A stretch of 64,000 nt of DNA from Kiritimatiellia bacterium (GTDB lineage Bacteria; Verrucomicrobiota; Kiritimatiellia; RFP12; UBA1067): contig JAKSOZ010000005.1 of the NCBI GenBank assembly GCA_024405265.1, forward strand, positions 11,618 through 75,617, in the 5' to 3' direction. Each line of letters opens with the position of its first letter. The first letter of the stretch is position 1. The position numbers and the translations under genes are program-made. The notes beneath the pieces were generated by a model. That model ran no database searches, was not told where the DNA came from, and was given only the letters and a program-made list of their open reading frames with translations. Shown here piece after piece: positions 1-10,100 of this stretch.

Positions 1-1706
1 ATTTTAACGTGGTTAACACCCTTTTTCAAATGGATCTTGGCAGGTTCGCGATACCAATAATCTTCGTCGACGAGCGGCATCTCCTTCGGATTACCTCCGA
101 CTCCGGGATGAGTCCATTTCGGAGGTTCGATTTTCACGCCATTCAACTCTACGGTAGCCCCATGCTTATTCCATTGTCCGATCTTGGGCGTAGGAGCATC
201 GCGACTACGCCCGTCGGAACGTGAAAAGCCGGTCATCCCGATCCACGCTCCACAATCGATTTCCTTCGGAGAACGAATCCAAGTCTCAAGTACGACCTCG
301 CCGTTTCCGTTCTTCACGTAATTTCCGCTCGGATACCAGAAGTGCTGAGGATAAACGGTAGCCTGAGGGATATCCTTGGCAATAACCTCGCCGGTCTTAG
401 AGTCAGTCATCGTCCAACGCATCGAAGTCTGAGCTACATAAGGGAAAGGATGATTCAGATTCTTGAGCACACGATCGCGCTGCGCGATCACGCGTCTTTC
501 GATATCACGAGCTCTGGCATAACGCGAATCATCGGGACGCGGCAATCTACCATAGAGATCCGGCTCGTCGCTACAATCGTTCCAGAAACTGTCAGAGAGC
601 ATCGTAACCGCCGGATAAACGAAATTCATTCTCGCGACGTCCTCGGTATCCGCGATATTATCATCATGCCACACGCACATAATCGCGCCGAGCTTTTCTT
701 CCGGGCTTCCCCAACGGCAAGGCTTTTGATACGCGGCTACCGAGAGGATCGCTTCGGCATCGACGTGATTCACGTAAAAGAGATTTTGGGAATCAATGTA
801 CGGGCACTTATCACCGCGAGGATCGACCGCGCCGCGCCAGAGGTGCTTGATACTCTGCCCGGGAAGTCTAAGCCCCGGCGACCAGCCCATCAAAGCTCGT
901 CCGTTATCGGTCACTTTCTTCGCCCAATAATCGAGATGACTCTGAGGGACCTGCTCTCCCGGTTCACGAGCCTCGTCGGTTCCGAGATGAATGATCGGGA
1001 GCTCTTCCTTCGTCAAAAGCGAACACGCCTCGTCGATCAGCTCTCCTAAAACGATCTTCGCCTCTTCCGTAGCAAGCGAATTGAAACCGGTCGCGCGGCG
1101 AAACGCGAGCGTATGACCGGGCATATCGAGTTCAAGAATCACGGTTACGCCGCGCTTCTTCGCGTAGCGCACTGTCTCAACAAATTCTTTCTGTGTATAG
1201 AACTTTCCGACCTGTCGACCGAAAGCTTTCGCGCTTTGAAGCTCCGGATGCTTCTTCGATTCGAGTCGCCAGCCATAATCATCGGCGATATGCCAATGAA
1301 AGACATTGTATTTGTATTTCGCGAGATGATCGATCAAATCGCGAATCGATTCGACCGATTGATAATTACGTCCGCAATCGAGCAAAACGCCGCGGTACTT
1401 GAACTTCGGCCAATCGTGGATTACCGCGTCGGGTAGCTTCTTACCCTCGGCAAGTTTATTGAGCTGCCAAAACGTCGCTTTCGCATAGCGGCGCCCTTCC
1501 TCGTCGCCCTCAACGCTCGGCTTGCCGTTCTTGATCTTGAGAATATATTCGCCCGGGCGATTCTCCGATCGAATTTCCGCATTGCCGCGCACGACCTCTA
1601 CCGGTCGCGGCAACAAAAGCCCATATACTTCAAAAGGAGCCGCCTTCTCCTGCGCCCCCGCGCAGAACGCGAGAAGAGCGAAAAAGAAGGCGGTCATGAG
1701 CTTCAT
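1..1706 (-). CDS. Glycoside hydrolase family 20 beta-N-acetylhexosaminidase (3' end runs off the window)
   Basis: Not in the ORF track because there is no stop in the window. Manual translation from ATG at 1706: signal peptide MKLMTAFFFALLAFCAGA, then GH20 motifs DWPKFKYRGVLLDCGRNY, FHWHIADDYGWRLE, ELDMPGH and catalytic HLGTDE (~972-989). The same frame reads as coding in the segments checked down to base 1. Confidence 0.9.
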   Translation of the reverse strand, partial: MKLMTAFFFALLAFCAGAQEKAAPFEVYGLLLPRPVEVVRGNAEIRSENRPGEYILKIKNGKPSVEGDEEGRRYAKATFWQLNKLAEGKKLPDAVIHDWPKFKYRGVLLDCGRNYQSVESIRDLIDHLAKYKYNVFHWHIADDYGWRLESKKHPELQSAKAFGRQVGKFYTQKEFVETVRYAKKRGVTVILELDMPGHTLAFRRATGFNSLATEEAKIVLGELIDEACSLLTKEELPIIHLGTDEAREPGEQVPQSHLDYWAKKVTDNGRALMGWSPGLRLPGQSIKHLWRGAVDPRGDKCPYIDSQNLFYVNHVDAEAILSVAAYQKPCRWGSPEEKLGAIMCVWHDDNIADTEDVARMNFVYPAVTMLSDSFWNDCSDEPDLYGRLPRPDDSRYARARDIERRVIAQRDRVLKNLNHPFPYVAQTSMRWTMTDSKTGEVIAKDIPQATVYPQHFWYPSGNYVKNGNGEVVLETWIRSPKEIDCGAWIGMTGFSRSDGRSRDAPTPKIGQWNKHGATVELNGVKIEPPKWTHPGVGGNPKEMPLVDEDYWYREPAKIHLKKGVNHVK

Positions 1707-1723
1707 TTTAAAGCTCGTTCGGC

Positions 1724-2620
1724 TCACTTGACGCCGATCTTCTTGATGCGCTTCATGATGTCGGCCTTACCCTCATCGGAGATCGGCTTGTTCGGAACGC
1801 GAACGTCACCGAGATCGAGGCCCCACATCTTGCACATGACCTTGCCGCCCGCGACACCACCGTACTGAACGAGGATGTCGACGATATCGCAAACGCGCTT
1901 CATCTGCTTGTCGGCGCCCTTGATATCACCCTTCTTGATGCAGTCCCAAGCCTTGTAATAGATGCCCGCGGCATAGTTGTAGGTCGAGCCGATAGCGGAC
2001 TGAGCGCCATGAGCGATAGCGCCCGCGAACCACTCGTCGATACCCCAGGTGATATCATACTTACCGCCGAGGCAACGGAGGCAGCGCTGATACATGTAGA
2101 GGTCGGGATAATTGAACTTGATACCGGCGAGGTTCTTGATCTTGCCGTCAGCGGCGAGAAGGAACTTCTCCATATCGAACGTGACGCCCGACATTCCCGT
2201 GTGGTAATAGTAGAAAGGAAGCTTCTGCGAGGTCTTGAGCGCTTCGTTGAGGTAGGTGATGAGCGCATCGATCGAGCCCGGCTTGAAGAAGTTCGGAGGA
2301 ACGATCGAAGTCGCGTCCATACCGATCTTCTGAACGTAAGCACCGAGTTCCTGAACGTCGGGAAGCGCCAAGGCTCCGATATGAGCGATCAAATAGAGCT
2401 TGCCCTTCGCGTGCTTGACCCACTCATCGAAGACGGCCTTACGTTCGGCGATCGAGCAGCAAATACCTTCACCCGTCGTACCCGAAATGTAAACGCCGGT
2501 GACCTTCTGCTTGATAAGCATTTCGGCCTGATCCTTGATGATGGCGGTATTGACGCTGCCGTCAGGATTGAAACCCGTGTGAGCGGCGGCGATGAGACCC
2601 TGGAGCTTTTTGATCTTCAT
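1724..2620 (-). CDS. nanA: N-acetylneuraminate lyase (DHDPS/NAL family)
   Basis: GVYISGTTGEG motif, YYY, Schiff-base Lys in GIKFN, GAQSAIGSTYN; directly upstream of a GH20 gene. Confidence 0.85.
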   Translation of the reverse strand: MKIKKLQGLIAAAHTGFNPDGSVNTAIIKDQAEMLIKQKVTGVYISGTTGEGICCSIAERKAVFDEWVKHAKGKLYLIAHIGALALPDVQELGAYVQKIGMDATSIVPPNFFKPGSIDALITYLNEALKTSQKLPFYYYHTGMSGVTFDMEKFLLAADGKIKNLAGIKFNYPDLYMYQRCLRCLGGKYDITWGIDEWFAGAIAHGAQSAIGSTYNYAAGIYYKAWDCIKKGDIKGADKQMKRVCDIVDILVQYGGVAGGKVMCKMWGLDLGDVRVPNKPISDEGKADIMKRIKKIGVK

Positions 2621-2640
2621 TTGTTTAGTTTTCCTTGTTA

Positions 2641-2712
2641 TTTTTTAGGTGTAGGATGTAGGCGTAGGTGTACGATGGATTTCTTCACCTTCACCTTGAC
2701 CTTAACCTCATT
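2641..2712. repeat. Convergent hexamer-repeat tract (AGGTGT/GTAGG-type repeats facing TCACCT/TGACCT-type repeats)
   Basis: taggtgtaggatgtaggcgtaggtgta ... ttcaccttcaccttgaccttaacct in the panD-nanA intergenic region. Confidence 0.6.
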
Positions 2713-2720
2713 ACAAGAAT

Positions 2721-2729
2721 ATTATACCA
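2721..2729 (-). promoter_or_regulatory. Extended -10 promoter (TGGTATAAT) for nanA-GH20
   Basis: attatacca on the + strand; the same motif recurs before many genes in the window. Confidence 0.6.
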
Positions 2730-2738
2730 CTTCCCGCT

Positions 2739-3065
2739 TTAGAAGTGAAGCACTTTCGGCGAAAAACCTTTTGCCTCGTCTTCGCTCATTTGGGCGAAAG
2801 CCATGACGATGAGTCGGTCTCCGACCTTACCCTGATGAGCAGCCGCGCCGTTCAGGCAGCAGACATGACTGCCGCGCTTACCTTCGATAGCATACGTTTC
2901 GAAACGATTGCCGTTTTCGACATCGGCGCAAAGAATCTTCTCATAAGGAAGAATCCCGACCGCTTCCATATCATCCGGATCGAGCGAGAGGCTTCCTTCA
3001 TAATCGAGGCAAGCCTCCGTGATTTTGATTCGATGAAGCTTAGCTTTAAGAATCGTGAGTGTCAT
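2739..3065 (-). CDS. panD: Aspartate 1-decarboxylase
   Basis: LKAKLHR, YEGS self-cleavage site, NGNRFETYAI, CLNGAAAH. Confidence 0.95.
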   Translation of the reverse strand: MTLTILKAKLHRIKITEACLDYEGSLSLDPDDMEAVGILPYEKILCADVENGNRFETYAIEGKRGSHVCCLNGAAAHQGKVGDRLIVMAFAQMSEDEAKGFSPKVLHF

Positions 3066-3106
3066 TTCTTCACCTTCACCTTTTCTCTACACCTACACCT
3101 AAACCT

Positions 3107-4192
3107 TCAATCAACGCCTAACATTTCGGCGACCTTCTCGGCCGTGATATTCACCTTTTTCATCTTCGCGTTGCCGGGAGCTTCATACATGATATCGGTC
3201 ATGAGTTTCTCCATTTCGGCACGAAGCCCACGCGCGCCGGTCTTGCGCTTCAAAGCCTTCTTGGCGAGAGCGCGCAAAGCCTCGGGTTCGAACGTAAGCT
3301 CGACATCGTCCATCTTAAGCAGTTTCTGATACTGCTTCACGAGCGAGTTCTTCGGCTCCGTCAAAACGCGAACGAGGTCGTCTTCACTCAAATCCTTCAT
3401 CGTCGAGATAACGGGAAGTCGACCGGTGAATTCGGGGATAAGACCGAACTTGACGAGATCTTCGGGGCGAACATCCGCAAAGGGATCGGACTCTTTCGAT
3501 TCCTCCTTTTGCGAGACGACCGCGCCGAAGCCAATCTGATTCGAGTCCTTGCGCGCGGCAACGATTTTATCGAGACCGACGAACGCGCCTCCGCAAATGA
3601 AAAGAATATTGGAAGTATCGACTTCGATATATTCCTGATCGGGATGCTTGCGACCACCCTTCGGCGGAATACGGCAGACGGTTCCTTCGATAATTTTAAG
3701 CAGCGCCTGCTGAACGCCTTCGCCCGACACGTCGCGCGTGATCGAAACATTGTCGGTCTTCGAGGCGATTTTATCGATTTCGTCGATATAGATGATGCCG
3801 CACTTCGCGAGCTCTACGTTCTCACCCGCGTTCTGAAGAAGATAACGGACGAGATTCTCGACGTCTTCGCCGACGTAACCCGCTTGAGTCAAAACCGTCG
3901 CGTCGCCGATAGCGAACGGGACGCCTAAGATTTTCGCGAGCGTACGAGCGAGAAGCGTCTTGCCGGTACCCGTAGGACCGATAAGAAGGATATTCGACTT
4001 TTCGATTTCGACGCCGTCATCTTCGTTGAAAAACTTCGATTCAAGGCGACGATAGTGATTGTGAACCGCGACCGAAAGAACCTTCTTGACCTCATCATGC
4101 CCGATCACGTACTGATCGAGATAGGCCTTGATTTCTTTCGGGGTCGGAGTCTTGAAGCCGGCTTCTTCGGCGGAAGGAGTTCTCTTCTTCAC
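3107..4192 (-). CDS. clpX: ATP-dependent Clp protease ATP-binding subunit ClpX (no N-terminal zinc-binding domain)
   Basis: [55 protein letters not shown]. Start placed at GTG 4192 because of the GTGA overlap with the clpP stop. Confidence 0.95.
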   Translation of the reverse strand: MKKRTPSAEEAGFKTPTPKEIKAYLDQYVIGHDEVKKVLSVAVHNHYRRLESKFFNEDDGVEIEKSNILLIGPTGTGKTLLARTLAKILGVPFAIGDATVLTQAGYVGEDVENLVRYLLQNAGENVELAKCGIIYIDEIDKIASKTDNVSITRDVSGEGVQQALLKIIEGTVCRIPPKGGRKHPDQEYIEVDTSNILFICGGAFVGLDKIVAARKDSNQIGFGAVVSQKEESKESDPFADVRPEDLVKFGLIPEFTGRLPVISTMKDLSEDDLVRVLTEPKNSLVKQYQKLLKMDDVELTFEPEALRALAKKALKRKTGARGLRAEMEKLMTDIMYEAPGNAKMKKVNITAEKVAEMLGVD

Positions 4193-4773
4193 GAAAGAAC
4201 CTCGTCGACGATTCCCCACTCCTTCGCCTCTTCGGCGCTCATGAAGTGGTCACGATCGGTATCCTTGATGACATCAGCCATCTTCTTACCGGAGTGCTTC
4301 GAGAGAATCTCATTAAGCTTCTCTTTAAGGCGAAGGATTTCGCGAGCGGTGATTTCGATATCGCTCGCCTTACCTTCGGCGCCACCCCAAGGCTGGTGAA
4401 TCATAATACGGGCATTAGGAAGCGAATAGCGCTTACCCTTAGAACCCGCAGCCAAAAGAACCGCGCCCATCGAAGCCGCCTGACCGATGCAATACGTCGC
4501 GATCGGGCACTTCACGAACTGCATCGTGTCGTAGATGGCGAGGCCCGCCGTAACGCTTCCGCCCGGCGAATTGACGTAGACGGAAATCTCCTTCTTCGGA
4601 TCCTGAGACTGGAGGAAGAGAAGCTGAGCGCAAATCGCGTTAGCCATATCGTCATTCACCTCTCCGGAAATGAAGACGATGCGGTCGAGGAGTAATCGCG
4701 AGTAGATATCGTAAGTTCTCTCGCCCTTCCCGGTCTGCTCGACCACATAAGGAATCATGTAAGATTTTTCCAT
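4189..4773 (-). CDS. clpP: ATP-dependent Clp protease proteolytic subunit
   Basis: [28 protein letters not shown] (catalytic Ser), MIHQP, DTDRD. Confidence 0.97.
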   Translation of the reverse strand: MEKSYMIPYVVEQTGKGERTYDIYSRLLLDRIVFISGEVNDDMANAICAQLLFLQSQDPKKEISVYVNSPGGSVTAGLAIYDTMQFVKCPIATYCIGQAASMGAVLLAAGSKGKRYSLPNARIMIHQPWGGAEGKASDIEITAREILRLKEKLNEILSKHSGKKMADVIKDTDRDHFMSAEEAKEWGIVDEVLS

Positions 4774-4832
4774 AACCACCTGATTTCTTGACCTCGACCT
4801 TGATTCTTGACCTAGGCCTCGATCACGAGGCC

Positions 4833-6023
4833 TTAGGCCTTGGCATTGGCGAGAACGAGCTCGATAACCTTCTTGCCGCGCTCTTCATCCTTCGCCTCGA
4901 TCTTTTCTTCGGTGGCGATGGCGTCGATGATGTACCAAAGGCGAACCTGACGAGTGGCGATTTCTTCAGCGTCCTTCAAAATCTGCTCACGATTCTTCTC
5001 GAAGTAATCGGCGCCGAGGCCCGAGTACTGAGCGCGCTGAGCGAATTCGTTAAGGTAGCCGTCCATAGCGCGCGAAACCTGCGAGCCGGGGACATCGAAA
5101 TCAGCCTTCTTAAGGAGCGCTTCGACCGCTTCATTCTCGCGGCGGACCTGCTCGCGCTGAACGGCGCTCTTTTCGAGCTGTTCACGAACGGTCTTCGTAA
5201 GCGCGTCGAACGACTCGGCTTTCATCTTCTCGACGAGCTCGGCGTCGGTAGGAAGAATGCGGTGACGGATCGCGGCAACCTTAACCGTATATTCGGCCTT
5301 CTCACCCTTGAGACCCTCGGGAGCGTTCTCCTTGTCGAACTTGACGGTAACGCCGGTCTTTTCTTCGCCGATCTTCATGCCCTTGACGGCGTCGAGAATT
5401 TCGGGGATAAAGCGACCTTCTTCGACCGAAGTCCAGAAGCCCTTACCCTCGGCGATGACCTTGGCGTCGGGAGCGATTTCGAGGATCGTCTTCTTACCGA
5501 CGACGCCGGAATAATCGATCTGAACGAAATCGCCTTCCGCAGCGACCGAGCCGTCTTCGGCCTTCGCGTCTTCGTACTTCGCGAAGCCGACCGAGAGGCG
5601 CTTCAAGTGATCGGCAACGGCGGCATCATCGATCGTGGCGTTCGCTTCGGCGATCTTGAGACCCTTGTAAGAAGGAAGCTTGAATTTCGGCTTGACGTCG
5701 ACGATAGCGACGAAGCTACCGCCTTCGGTCGTGAATTCGACGTCCTTAACGTCAACGAGCGAAACCTCTTCAATACCCGCTTCCTTAACGGCCGGAGCAT
5801 AGTTCTTCTGGAACATGGCACGAGTCGTTTCTTCCTTGATACCGGAAGCGTAGTTCTTACGGATAAGGTCGATCGGAGCCTTGCCGGGGCGGAAACCGGG
5901 GATATGCGCTTCACGGATGAATGCCTTTTCGACGTCTTTGATAACGGCCTTCATTTCGTCACCATCAAGCTTAACGGTAAGCTGGACCTGGCACTTCTCC
6001 AAAGCTTTGAGTTCAGTCTTCAT
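4833..6023 (-). CDS. tig: Trigger factor
   Basis: [10 protein letters not shown] signature, GDFVQIDY PPIase start; tig-clpP-clpX order. Confidence 0.93.
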   Translation of the reverse strand: MKTELKALEKCQVQLTVKLDGDEMKAVIKDVEKAFIREAHIPGFRPGKAPIDLIRKNYASGIKEETTRAMFQKNYAPAVKEAGIEEVSLVDVKDVEFTTEGGSFVAIVDVKPKFKLPSYKGLKIAEANATIDDAAVADHLKRLSVGFAKYEDAKAEDGSVAAEGDFVQIDYSGVVGKKTILEIAPDAKVIAEGKGFWTSVEEGRFIPEILDAVKGMKIGEEKTGVTVKFDKENAPEGLKGEKAEYTVKVAAIRHRILPTDAELVEKMKAESFDALTKTVREQLEKSAVQREQVRRENEAVEALLKKADFDVPGSQVSRAMDGYLNEFAQRAQYSGLGADYFEKNREQILKDAEEIATRQVRLWYIIDAIATEEKIEAKDEERGKKVIELVLANAKA

Positions 6024-6060
6024 TTATCTTCTCCTTAATGATTGAAAATCGTGAGCGGGT

Positions 6061-6093
6061 ATTATATCATATTTCCCCGATTTATGGCAATTG
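6061..6093 (-). promoter_or_regulatory. Sigma70-type promoter for tig-clpP-clpX (TTGCCA-18 nt-TATAAT with extended TG)
   Basis: Minus strand reads ttgcca taaatcggggaaatatga tataat, ~38 nt before the tig ATG. Confidence 0.65.
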
Positions 6094-6096
6094 CGA

Positions 6097-7143
6097 TTAT
6101 AAAGCTTGAATATCGTAGCTATTCGACTCAGACGCTTCATAAGCCGAGAGGACCAGCGTCCAAGTATCCTTCGTGCCCTGAACCTTCTCAAGTTCAAGTT
6201 CTACGCGTTGTCCGGCGATTTCGTCGGTCGCGCGATCGAAACCGAAAATGAAAGTATCTTTCTTCCCCGTTAGCTTTCGGCCTTGCTCGCGGCGAACTTT
6301 ACCGTAACGACTATCAAGGACTTCCATAACCGTCGCGAATTCCTTTTTCGCTGCGGTCTTACCTTCAATCTCAGAGCGAGTCTCGACGCCGATTATCTTG
6401 CCGCCCTTCGCTATGACGAGATAGGTCGAGAAATTACGAAACGGCTGAGCGGGCTTGAAAGAGCGATAAGGCTCTTCCTCTGCTATAGTATCGATCGACG
6501 AGAGTTCAGCGCCGAGATTGATTCCGAGGAAACTTTCAAGCGGTTCCCTCAAAATGAAGTAATTACCGTCTTTATTGTACGTCTTCTCGCAGACCGCGCA
6601 GGCGAGTCGCCCGTCTTTCGACGGCGTGAATATCTCTTGGTGCTCAACACATATATGCTTTACGCAGGCGAGTTCGAATTCGCCCTTCGTGTTTTCGACG
6701 ATTCTGATTTTATCGCGGCTTTGGACATTGCAGGCCTTACAGGTCGCATGTCCACGCAAGATCGTCGATTCGAGCCTACAGATAGTACATTTATCTTCCT
6801 TGTCGCTTACGACGCGCTCATGCTTCGAGCAGTAATGCGAGGCGCAGTAATAAGTGCCGCGCACATTACGAGTACCATCGCGACTACCGCAAACCACGCA
6901 TTCATCTTTACTTAGAGACTTACTGACGTTCGAGCGTTGAGCGGATTTACTCGCGTCGGCTCCGGTTTTAAGCCTCGACTTATAAAGAATCTGGGTCTTC
7001 GTCGGCCCGCACGAGTTTTTCTTTTGATTAGAAGGCGCCTGGGCTACAACAGGCTTGCACTTACCCGCATAAGGGCACTTCGCTTCGGCGATTCCGAGCG
7101 AGAGCGCGGCGAAAACGAAGGTTAATAAAAGTCTTTTCATCAT
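6097..7143 (-). CDS. Hypothetical exported protein with tandem Cys/His-rich (zinc-finger-like) repeats
   Basis: Signal peptide MMKRLLLTFVFAALSLGIAEA; two CxxC...CxxHxCxxH...CxxC units; ATGA overlap with the upstream gene stop. Confidence 0.75.
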   Translation of the reverse strand: MMKRLLLTFVFAALSLGIAEAKCPYAGKCKPVVAQAPSNQKKNSCGPTKTQILYKSRLKTGADASKSAQRSNVSKSLSKDECVVCGSRDGTRNVRGTYYCASHYCSKHERVVSDKEDKCTICRLESTILRGHATCKACNVQSRDKIRIVENTKGEFELACVKHICVEHQEIFTPSKDGRLACAVCEKTYNKDGNYFILREPLESFLGINLGAELSSIDTIAEEEPYRSFKPAQPFRNFSTYLVIAKGGKIIGVETRSEIEGKTAAKKEFATVMEVLDSRYGKVRREQGRKLTGKKDTFIFGFDRATDEIAGQRVELELEKVQGTKDTWTLVLSAYEASESNSYDIQAL

Positions 7144-10100
7144 TCTCCTATCTCGATAAACGCGCGGAAGAACTTGAAGCCACTCTTATTATCATCAGTA
7201 ACTTCAGTCCAAGATCCCTCTTCGGCAAGTTCCGCCTTACCCTTAAGTACGGGAGTGATATTGTAGTCTCCGCTCTCGATCTCAGCAACAGGACCTTCGG
7301 CCGTCATCGTAATCGTGACCTTGAAGTTCTTCTTCGCCGCCTCAATCGCCTCTTCATTCGGCGCGCAGTTAAGCGCGAAGGCGACAAGGTTGATCGCCTC
7401 GCCGGGCTTCGTCGACGAACTATACGTTTTCGCCCATTCAACGATTTTCTTAGGCTCGACCTTAAGCTCCACAAGCATGGCACCCTGTTCGGCTCCAACG
7501 AGCTCCGCAACCGTCGTAGTTTCCGTTACCACAACCTCTTCCCAAGTCGTTGCGCCGGAAGGAGTTACAATCGACGACTCAACGGTATTAACGAACATAC
7601 CGCTGATTTCATCGGCGAGCTTACCTGTAGACGGCTTCACTTCGTCGCCGCCTTCGGTAATTTCACCTGTGAAGCCTGGCATCGTAGCTATGAGCGTGAA
7701 TGTTTTGGCGTGTTTCTTATTCAAATTGACAGTGGCGGTGGTCGTCCTACGAACGTTTTCATCGTCGACAATGCCGGTCATAACCAAATACTTACTCGAA
7801 GACGACAAGCCGGTTTTAACCAAACATTTCGCCGTCGAACCATCATCGGGACCATGAACGGTTGAAAGTCCGCCAACGGCAACCACTGTCGCACCCTCGT
7901 TGATGTAGAGCTTATGCGCGATGCCGTTGTCGACGGCCGTCGGATCTTCGCTCGGGTCAACATCAAGCGCCTCATGTTCCGTTGAGGTTGTGAACGCAAA
8001 GACATATCCACCCGAGATCGTCATATCACCATTGGAATCAATCGCATCACCGGCCGTGGACATCGCATAGACAATGCCTCCGGAGATGTTAATATGATTT
8101 GCCGCGCTGAAGCAATCATCAGCAGCAGTCAAATTTAAAACACCGCCCTTAACGAGAATCGTATCGTCGGAGCTGAAGATTTCCGAACCTTCTCCGGATG
8201 CAGTGGCGACAACCGTTCCACCATTGATTTCAATCTCCTTTTTGCTCTTGAAAACATTGGCCTTTGTGCCGCCTTCAGTGGCAGTCGTAACAGTCACCTT
8301 GCCGCAGTTCTTCGTGAGCTTGATCTTGCCATCGGTATTCATGAAGCGCGGAGCCGTTCCTCCAAGCGTGACGGTAACATCCGTGCCACCGAGTTTCGCG
8401 TCATTCGTCCCCTTACCGAGTTTGAACGCGGCGGAACTTTCTCCACCGGCGATTGTCGTCGTAAAGGTTCCTCCATTAAGTTCAACGGCGTAAATTCCGT
8501 TCCCTAACGCGTCTTTCGTCGCCGTATTACAGTAGAAACCGAATACCTGATTCTCGGATGAGAGATTGACGACAACATTGCCGCCATTTTGAATATACGG
8601 CTTGGTAAGCGTGACAGCAGCCGTTCCCGCTTCGCCGTTCGCGTAGTCAATCGTGAGCGTGCCATCGCCCTCAATCGTGAGCGTGCCGGTCGTTGTCATC
8701 GTCGAGAGCGTATTCTCACCCTTCAAGGTCAACGTGACATCCCCGTCGATCTTCACGCCGCCGTTGAAATTGGCACCGTTGAGTGTATAGACACCGGCCT
8801 CAAAGGTTTGAAGGTCGTCGAAATCGCCCGTGATATCCCCTTCAGCCGGGGGATCAATAGGCTCGACCGGAGGCGGCTCGGGTGCGACATAACCGGGGGC
8901 TTCCGAAAGTTCGGCCGCAACCCAAGTGTCATCAGCATAAATATGCTTGGCGAACTTATCTACCGCCTTAACACCGATGGCGGACTGCGAAAGCATCTCA
9001 CGATAATAAATCTGCACCCCGGTAGAATCGGTCATGGTAATACGCAAATCACCGTCCGTAATCTTGGACCATGTACCGCCGAACTTAGCTTCCTTATCCG
9101 CCATAGCAATGCGGAGATAATCGCCACCGGCAATCGACACTCCCTCGGCAAGCGTAATCGCACACTTCGAAGCGCTATCCGCATCCGCAGTCTTGCAGAT
9201 ATTGATCGCCGCACCACCCACGTCAAGAGCTTCCGTTCCGATATTTTCGAAGATGATGAATTCACCGATGCCATCATTATCAGTAAGCGGCGCACCGCAG
9301 AAGCCGTAGAGCTTGAGATACTTCTCCTGCGCGCTCGGCTCAGGCGGCGCGATAACCGTCTCTTCGCCGGCCTTGAGCGTAATAACTTCCGTTTCGACCG
9401 CCTCGCCATTGCCGACAACAATCTGGTTAGTGATGAGCCCAAGCTCATTCATCTTCGCGATAGTTGCGCGGCGATCCGCGGAAACGTACACTTCCGCGGG
9501 ATTCTCTTCGGATCCTTCATCAATGACCGTACCCGCAGGAAGCGTCATTGAAACGGGACCCGAAAGCGCCCAACCCGACATATCGACAGCCTCCGCGTTC
9601 GTATTCTTAATTACGAGTGCCGCGATATCTTCACGATACTCAGCCGTGAAGCCACTCTTCAAATCGGCGATCGAGGACTGCGCTTCGGGAATGCCGGCGG
9701 CGAGATTGGTGCCGTAGCCGACGCCCTTTTCCGTATTGCTGATCGAGTGCGTGACGTAAAGGTGCTGACGACGAGGAACGATATAGTCATCCCAAATTTC
9801 CTTAATACCCGCCTGCATCGACTCGGGCCACGGCTTATCGCCACCCCAAACATCGATATTGCCGATGGAACTGTCGTGCGGCCATCTTGTCCGATCGAGA
9901 ACCGCATCCTTCTCCATCAGCGCGGCGATTTCGCGAATCTTCTTCATAAGAGAAATCTGCGAATTCGTCTCGTTCTCCTCACCCGTCGTATCGGGAGCAC
10001 CGAGTTCCTGATCCATGAGCGTCCGCAGACGGCGCAGATAAAGTCGACGGAACTTCGCGTTCTGCCACACGGCCTCCATACCGTCATTACCGCTATTGCA

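Noticed and set aside
4814-4833. Hairpin AGGCCTCG-ATCA-CGAGGCCT after tig as a terminator
   Set aside because: No U-tract follows and tig-clpP-clpX is normally co-transcribed; more likely a stabilising stem.
6097-7143. Multiheme c-type cytochrome interpretation of the Cys/His-rich protein
   Set aside because: No CxxCH motif; the motifs are CxxC and CxxH separately.
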